This document shows positions 57,801-64,000 of a stretch of 64,000 nt of DNA, piece by piece (within the stretch, counting starts at the first letter, position 1; the number at the start of each line of letters is the position of its first letter). This stretch comes from Entomortierella parvispora E1425 (lineage: Eukaryota > Fungi > Mortierellomycota): positions 2,480,001 through 2,544,000 of the forward strand of contig BQFW01000002.1 of the NCBI GenBank assembly GCA_020891255.1, read 5' to 3'. Under the pieces are notes generated by a model. That model did not search any database. It saw nothing but the letters and a program-made list of their open reading frames with translations, and was not told the origin of the DNA. A program made the translations under genes and the position numbers.

Positions 57801-60800
57801 CCTGCACTGATGGCGCACTTCCGTAGAGTCGGTCGAGGGAGGCGTTGAAGGGGCATTTGAGGCCAGGAGCTGAAGATACTGGTCACGTTCAGCGTCCGCC
57901 ACCTCACTGATGTCGACAACCTCACCATCCAGCTTTTGGAAGTAGTTGTCAATGAGGTACATGTTGTGCTTGCAGAGCAAGAGCAAGCCCTCGACGGCAT
58001 CCAGTCCTGTGACTCGACTCATGTTGTAAACCTCGTACACAACATCACCAGCCTCCAACAATCGCAGGATCTTGCGATTGGCGGCTTCTTCAAAAGCAGG
58101 CTCAGAGTCCTTGTCCTGATCGACATCAGCTGTGGCAGGTATATCTCCTTCCGCGCCATTGGCCTCGGGTTCCTGAGCCGTCTCAGAGTCGGAAGCATTG
58201 TCCTCTGCAGCATTGTCCTCTGCAGCATTATCGCCTTCATTGTCACCCGTGTTGTCGCCGATGCTGTCTTTGTCACTCTTGGCATCCTGATTCTTGTCGA
58301 CCGAGGCAACCGATGCAACATCCGCCTCTTTGAGCTTGTCAATCCTGCCCTTTAGAGGAGCTTGGCCAGTCAGTGGGCTAGATTTTACAGTCTTGGGGAT
58401 ACTAAGACTCGAGATCTTGCTATCCATGGAAGAAGTGGATCCACCTTGCTTGGGTAAATATGGTTCCTCCGTCTTTCGTTCGTCCACGCGAAGTTTGCGC
58501 CTCATTCTTGACCGTGCCTCAGTAAAGTCCAGTCGCCATCTCGTGGGAGCTCTGCTAGCAGCCGCAGTCTTGTCTTCCCAGATGGCACCCTTGCGACAAA
58601 CATCGCGAACAAGGTTCTTCCATTCGTTTTTGACAAAACGAACATGGTCGTCCAGGTCTTGCAGTGATTTCGCGTATCGGACCTCCTCCATATCCTGGAT
58701 GCTACGTGTCCATCCAAGCGTCTTCAGCTTGTAGGTCTGAAGGATGTTGCGCTCCACATGCTGTCGTCGGAAAAGTCGTTTCAGTTTTTGAGTCCGGCGG
58801 TTGTACTGTTGTCGCTGAGAATCCTCGCCCACACGGGTCTCGATTGCCATCATGGCATCCCAGGATTTACGGAACTCTGAAAAGATCGAGTCCAACTGAG
58901 CGGAATGAGCGGCTCGCCATTTCACGAACTCGGGGTAATTCTAAAAAAAAGTAAACAAGAAGGGAGGGAATAGAGAAGTTTAGTGGCCGAAATAACAATA
59001 TATGGGAAATATGAAATTGTAACAATCGTAGGGTACTTACGCCTTCCACAAGAGCACTATAGCCTTCATCAGCAGAGTCCTCATCATCACTGGGGCTTGT
59101 CGGTTTGAGCTTCAACAGACCCGAGGCTTCCACTGGTCGCATCAAGAAGACCAACTTGATCAAGATCATCATGGTAGCCCTTGTCTTTGCGTCCGCATCT
59201 GGCAAGAACCCAAATAGGTGCAAGATCAGGCACTTCATGAACTCGACATCGCCTGGCGACGAGCTCAATAGGATCTTCTGGAAATAAATGCACTTGTCCA
59301 AAAGAGCCTCCAGTTTTGATGTTTGAATCTCATGACCAATCTGGCACTGGCCCAGAGTAAAGCACACCAGTCGGTACAAAAGCGATGTCATCTGCGTCTT
59401 GACCACATCAGAGGCTGAGGACGAAGTCGCAGGCAGTGGACCTGTCGAGGTCGAATCGTGCGAAATGATCTCAAGCACGTTGGCAATGAGATCAAACTGG
59501 ATTAGGTACGAGCCCACAAACCAGTTCTGGCAGGTCAAGTCCACAATCAGCTCGCAAAACTGAACTACGTTCGCCATCACTCGACTGTCTGCAAGGACTT
59601 CGGGTTGTGCCTGAATGTTCTGCTCCAACCCAATGATAACATGTCCCAGTAGGAAGCTCTGGAAGTAGATTTGGTGATCTATTGGAGGGGTGTAGTGGGA
59701 GTTAGTAAGTATATATTGGTCAACCTGATCATAAGTTCACTTTCTCTTTACCTTTGTATGCTGGCGGGCATGACTGCAGCAGCAGCTCAATAGCGGTCAT
59801 GGATCGAGGAGCACTGTCCAAGACAGAATCAATGCAGATCACTACAAAGAGCTTCAAGATTGACAGCGCAATGGGCTCTTGGACAATCTTGAGGTCTACG
59901 TCGCGAACGCGACCCATGTTCGCATTGGAAGGGGTTCTCCGGAAAGTGCCCTCAGAGAAAATCTGGGAGACATTCAAGGACGAAGTCTGTGCAGCAGTGA
60001 GTGACAGGCCAGAAGAAGCTGAAGCGGTAGGGGCAGGCTTTGGTCGTGAAGCGGAGGCATTTGGGGGAGATTCGGAACGAGCGCTAGTCAATGGTGTAGA
60101 TCCTGACTCGCCGATAGAATCCGAGTCCACAGTCTTGGCCTCTGATGCGATAAAAGAGGACACTGAAGAATGTCCTGAACTGCGGTGGGAAGACGGTTTC
60201 GCTGTTGCCTCTGATTCTGCCTCTGGAACCGTACTGACTGTGGACGCTTGCTCGCTGTGTCGAGTTGTCGGCTCAGAGGCAATGTAATCCAGTTCAAGCT
60301 CAACCGCCATTGCCTTTGTGCTATGACAAATGAATGGGAACAGAATGGCTGCCAACTCGTCAATGAACTCGGGGCGAACGAAAATCTCTTTGAAGATCCT
60401 GGAGCTAGATTGCATCTCTGTGAAGAAGTCGATTAGGGTTTGGTACGTTTCCACAACCTTGGTCGTACGATCCTGATCAGTCCCAGACATTTTGCTGTGG
60501 GCTCCTGAGGGCGTTACAGCGGCGGCAACTCCATTTCTGAGGATAGTCATCAAGGTAGGGAGAATGTCAGGACAGGAGAGTCGACCAAACGCTTCGATTG
60601 AGTCTCCATAGAGCAAATGCAAGGTCTCGTTATCCATGGGAGCACGCAGAGGGACCTCACAAACATCTACACCCAGCAAAATGCTAATCACAACGTGGAT
60701 CATTGGGACAACATTCCAGAACTGCGGAATATAAGACTGGAGCACCAGGAAACCATAGGACGCCCTGAACTTGGTGACGTATGCAGGACCTTGGGTGTAG

Positions 60801-63800
60801 AGAAGTCGGGCAAGGATGCGCATGGCCAAAACTGCGCCGTATGGGTTTCCAGCGTTTTCGATAAACAGCAGAGTCCATTTGTTGGTGATGGTGGTGGCAA
60901 ATTTGTGCACGTAGTCCACATTTCCGCGTTCACACAAGATCTGTTCAAGCATCTCCATGATGGCGTTGCCCATCACTGCATGCTTCAATGTCGGAGGAAT
61001 AGTCATTTCCTTAGGATCAAACACAATGTCCACGTTGAGAGAAGCCCTGGAGCCATCCAAATCTTCCGCCTTCAAATCAGGATGTCTCTGAGAAGACACT
61101 GACAACGAACGGTTGCTGTTGGCTATAATACATCAATGGAGTGAGGTTAGAAAAATATCAACTCACGATGGAGAAGTCTTCACCGATTCAGATACGACGC
61201 CATACATTGCTTAATCGTGGACACCAGGAACGTTGCCAGGTTGCGGACAGTTTCTGTTGAGAAATGGTTGAATACGACAGTCTTCATGGCGTCCACATAA
61301 TGTGGTAGCTGGATGATAGGGTAGTTGCCAGTCCTCAAAGGTGCCAACATCTTCTTGACTACATCTAAATTGATCAAAGTCAACGAATCAGTACCCTTGG
61401 TCGCAAGAGCTCTCACGGTCAAGATCGTCAGTTTACTTACGCATTGTGCTCAGCCGTTTCACATTCAACGATGACTTATGACTGTGTTGCAAGAAGATCT
61501 TGAACTGCTCCAAGTGCAAAAGCTGAATATCGATGTCCGTCTTGCGCCAGATATCAAGATCCAACATCAAATGACGGAAGGCAAATGAATTCGTAATGAC
61601 AGAATCGCTAGAAACAACATGAACAAAAAATAAATATAAAAAGGGTCAGTAACACTGCTAAAACTAAATAATTGAGACCAATAAAACTTGACTTACTCAG
61701 GGTATTCGAGATCCATTCCTACGACACTGAGGAGCGTGTTCATCATTTCGATAGAAAACAACGCCTTCTTTTGCTTGAGAATATATCCCAAGATCTCATA
61801 TCCAAAGATGCGCTCCATGTCTTCCGAGTTGCGCCAGCTGCATCGAATTAACTGATCAAGCAGCAGCACCGCCTTCTCAAGAGTGGCGGTGTCCTAGTTA
61901 AAAGTCGGGAAGAATCAACAACACTGTTAAAATGCTGACCTCGAGGGTGAAGATTTCGTATCCAAGTCACTCAACATAAAATTTACCTTTGCACTTTCGA
62001 CAATCCGGAGTGCCACAACACATCCTCCAACCTTCCAAATCGAGTCATCCAAACCACGAGGGGCAGCAACCAAAGGATTTCCAACAAGGATACCGATCGC
62101 CGACAATGGATTGATTCCACGATGGATCCTTGGGATTGCAGAGTTGAAAAGAATCCGGCAGAACTGATCCTTTTGGTTGATACCTGCAAGAGCGCCTACA
62201 GTCCTGGTATCTGCAGAATCCAATAGGTTACCCCCAGAGAATGCAAAAACAAGCTTGTCCTCTGGGATGCTGTTTCCAATCGTGCCTCGGATGGCGTTCA
62301 TGAGGGCGATCTGCTCTTCGTGATTACGACTGTTGGGTGAGGATCTCCGGCGGGCAGCTTCAAGGTTGATGTTCAGCGCCGTGGATGTTTCGTACGTCTG
62401 GAACTTGCCAAGTGAGTCCTGGAAGTTGCCGTGGTATCTTGGGCTCAGATTATACAAAACGTCCATAATTTGGACATCGAGTGGTTCGTCCACAAGGTAG
62501 CAAGGTCCTAAATTCCATGACAACGTGGATCCTTCTTTCTTGGTCGTCATCTTTGGCTTTTGGTGTCTTCCAAGATAACCCTTGACTTCACCACTTGGGG
62601 ATGAAAGATATCCACACTTGATCTTATCTCCCAGAATGCCGTCAATGTAGACCGAGAGCGAGCCTCCTGGAATAGTCAGCTTTGGCTTGGAGTGCACCAG
62701 AGCGAGGTGATACCAACGTCCAATCTCGAATGCAAAGTTGAAAGACACGGAGTGGTGATGAGAAACACTGACCACCAGCTTATGAGTCTCCGGCTCAATC
62801 TGTACGCTCAAGAAACAGCGCTGATCTTCATCCGAGATCTCCAGGATTTGAATCGCCAGCTCGTCGTCAAAGGACTCAATGCAAAGCCAGGCCAAGAAAG
62901 TATAGCCACTGGTCGGGGGAAAGTTGTGAGAACCGAGTGATCGGAGATCAAGCCGACTGTACCCATCAAACTGGACAAAGCTCGGCCATCGAGAATGAGT
63001 GACGCCGTGCAAGAGCATATCCAGCAATCCAGAACATTCGCCAAATGAAATTTCCTTGGTGGCACTAAACTTCTCCATGAGGTAACGGAACCCGACAGAT
63101 GACATGCCCATCTCGATAAGACGTTTCGATAATCGTGACATGATATCACGCTTGGCACCTCCATCGTCGTCAGTACCTCCGTTTTCAATAGCCTGAGCCG
63201 GATTGTCAAATAGAACCTTGAGTAGCTCGTCCAGCAGTCCAGTCTGACCCATTAAGACCTGATTCCTCCTGTTGGCGCAAGACAATGCAAACAGTGACAT
63301 CATCGCACAGAAAGCAAGAGATTCTTGGTCCTTAAGATCCATAGAGATCTTCCAGATGCCAAGGACGACATGTGGGTTTTGAACACAGATCTTGGGGCTA
63401 TTGAGCCACTTGGCGACCATTTCCGGCGTTTGTTCGACCTCGTCGGGGTTGTCAAAGATATGAAGCACAGACTCGTTCTGGATCGCAAAAGCAAACAGAA
63501 TTCCCAGCATGCTGGCGGTATCTCCGGAAGGACCAAAGACTCCTGTCAGCTGTAATGCGTCGGCTAGGGATCCGAACCCGATATGTTCTTCAAAGTAATT
63601 ACTGTTTCCTGGGTGATCCCGCATAGACTCTGAAAGGACAGAAAATACCTTGGTAAACAACTCCATCATGTCTGCTTTTGTAGGGATTCTTTCATCCGTT
63701 TTGGGGTCCCGACGCTGTTTCCGCTTTGGCGTCTCGAGCTTGTCAAACTGTTCGATCATCACATATGCGTCCTCAAGTCGAATCAAAAGCGATACGATCG

Positions 63801-64000
63801 AGACATATCCTCCACCTTCTCTGAAGACGTCCTTGAGCTCAGCGCACTCCAGGAAAACCTCACTCAAAGCGTTCAGGATCGCCATCTTCATTTTGAAGTC
63901 GTATCGGTTCAATGACTGAAGGATTTCACAAAGCTGTGTGAGTTGGTAGGGAGCCGACATCAGCTTAGGACCTTGAGATCCCGCCCCTGAACTGGCCGGT
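54869..64000 (-). CDS. BEACH-domain protein (ConA-like, PH, BEACH, WD40, FYVE); Bph1/WDFY3(ALFY)-like; 5' partial, many introns
   Basis: BEACH motifs [40 protein letters not shown] and ELIPEFYY; PH RRRYLLRNVALELFF; WD40 LRGHRETVNTVA; terminal CxxC..RRFHCRTCGGVFCGTC FYVE. Confidence 0.95.

Overview
Eukaryotic, intron-rich fungal DNA. Gene families and GT-AG introns with CTAAC-type branch points suggest Mortierellaceae (an inference). Conserved genes: BRCA2/Brh2 (5' end outside the window), ATG13, ZPR1, an alpha-arrestin, a FAD monooxygenase, DTD1, a PEX39-like KPWE protein and a BEACH-WD40-FYVE gene (runs off the right edge). Between BRCA2 and ATG13 lies a ~23 kb accessory island (4565-27782) of Sel1-like repeat (SLR) genes. 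It holds two head-to-head pairs, each a short N-domain+SLR gene facing a long SLR-array gene. It also holds two further long SLR genes, an internally collapsed SLR pseudogene and an ARM-like/SLR chimera. Also in the island are a decayed Fanzor/TnpB-like nuclease remnant, a 53-bp TA-flanked pogo-type foldback element and a small secreted protein. Further right is a single-pass membrane protein flanked by two decayed paralog tails. All calls come from manual reading and translation; no database searches were run.
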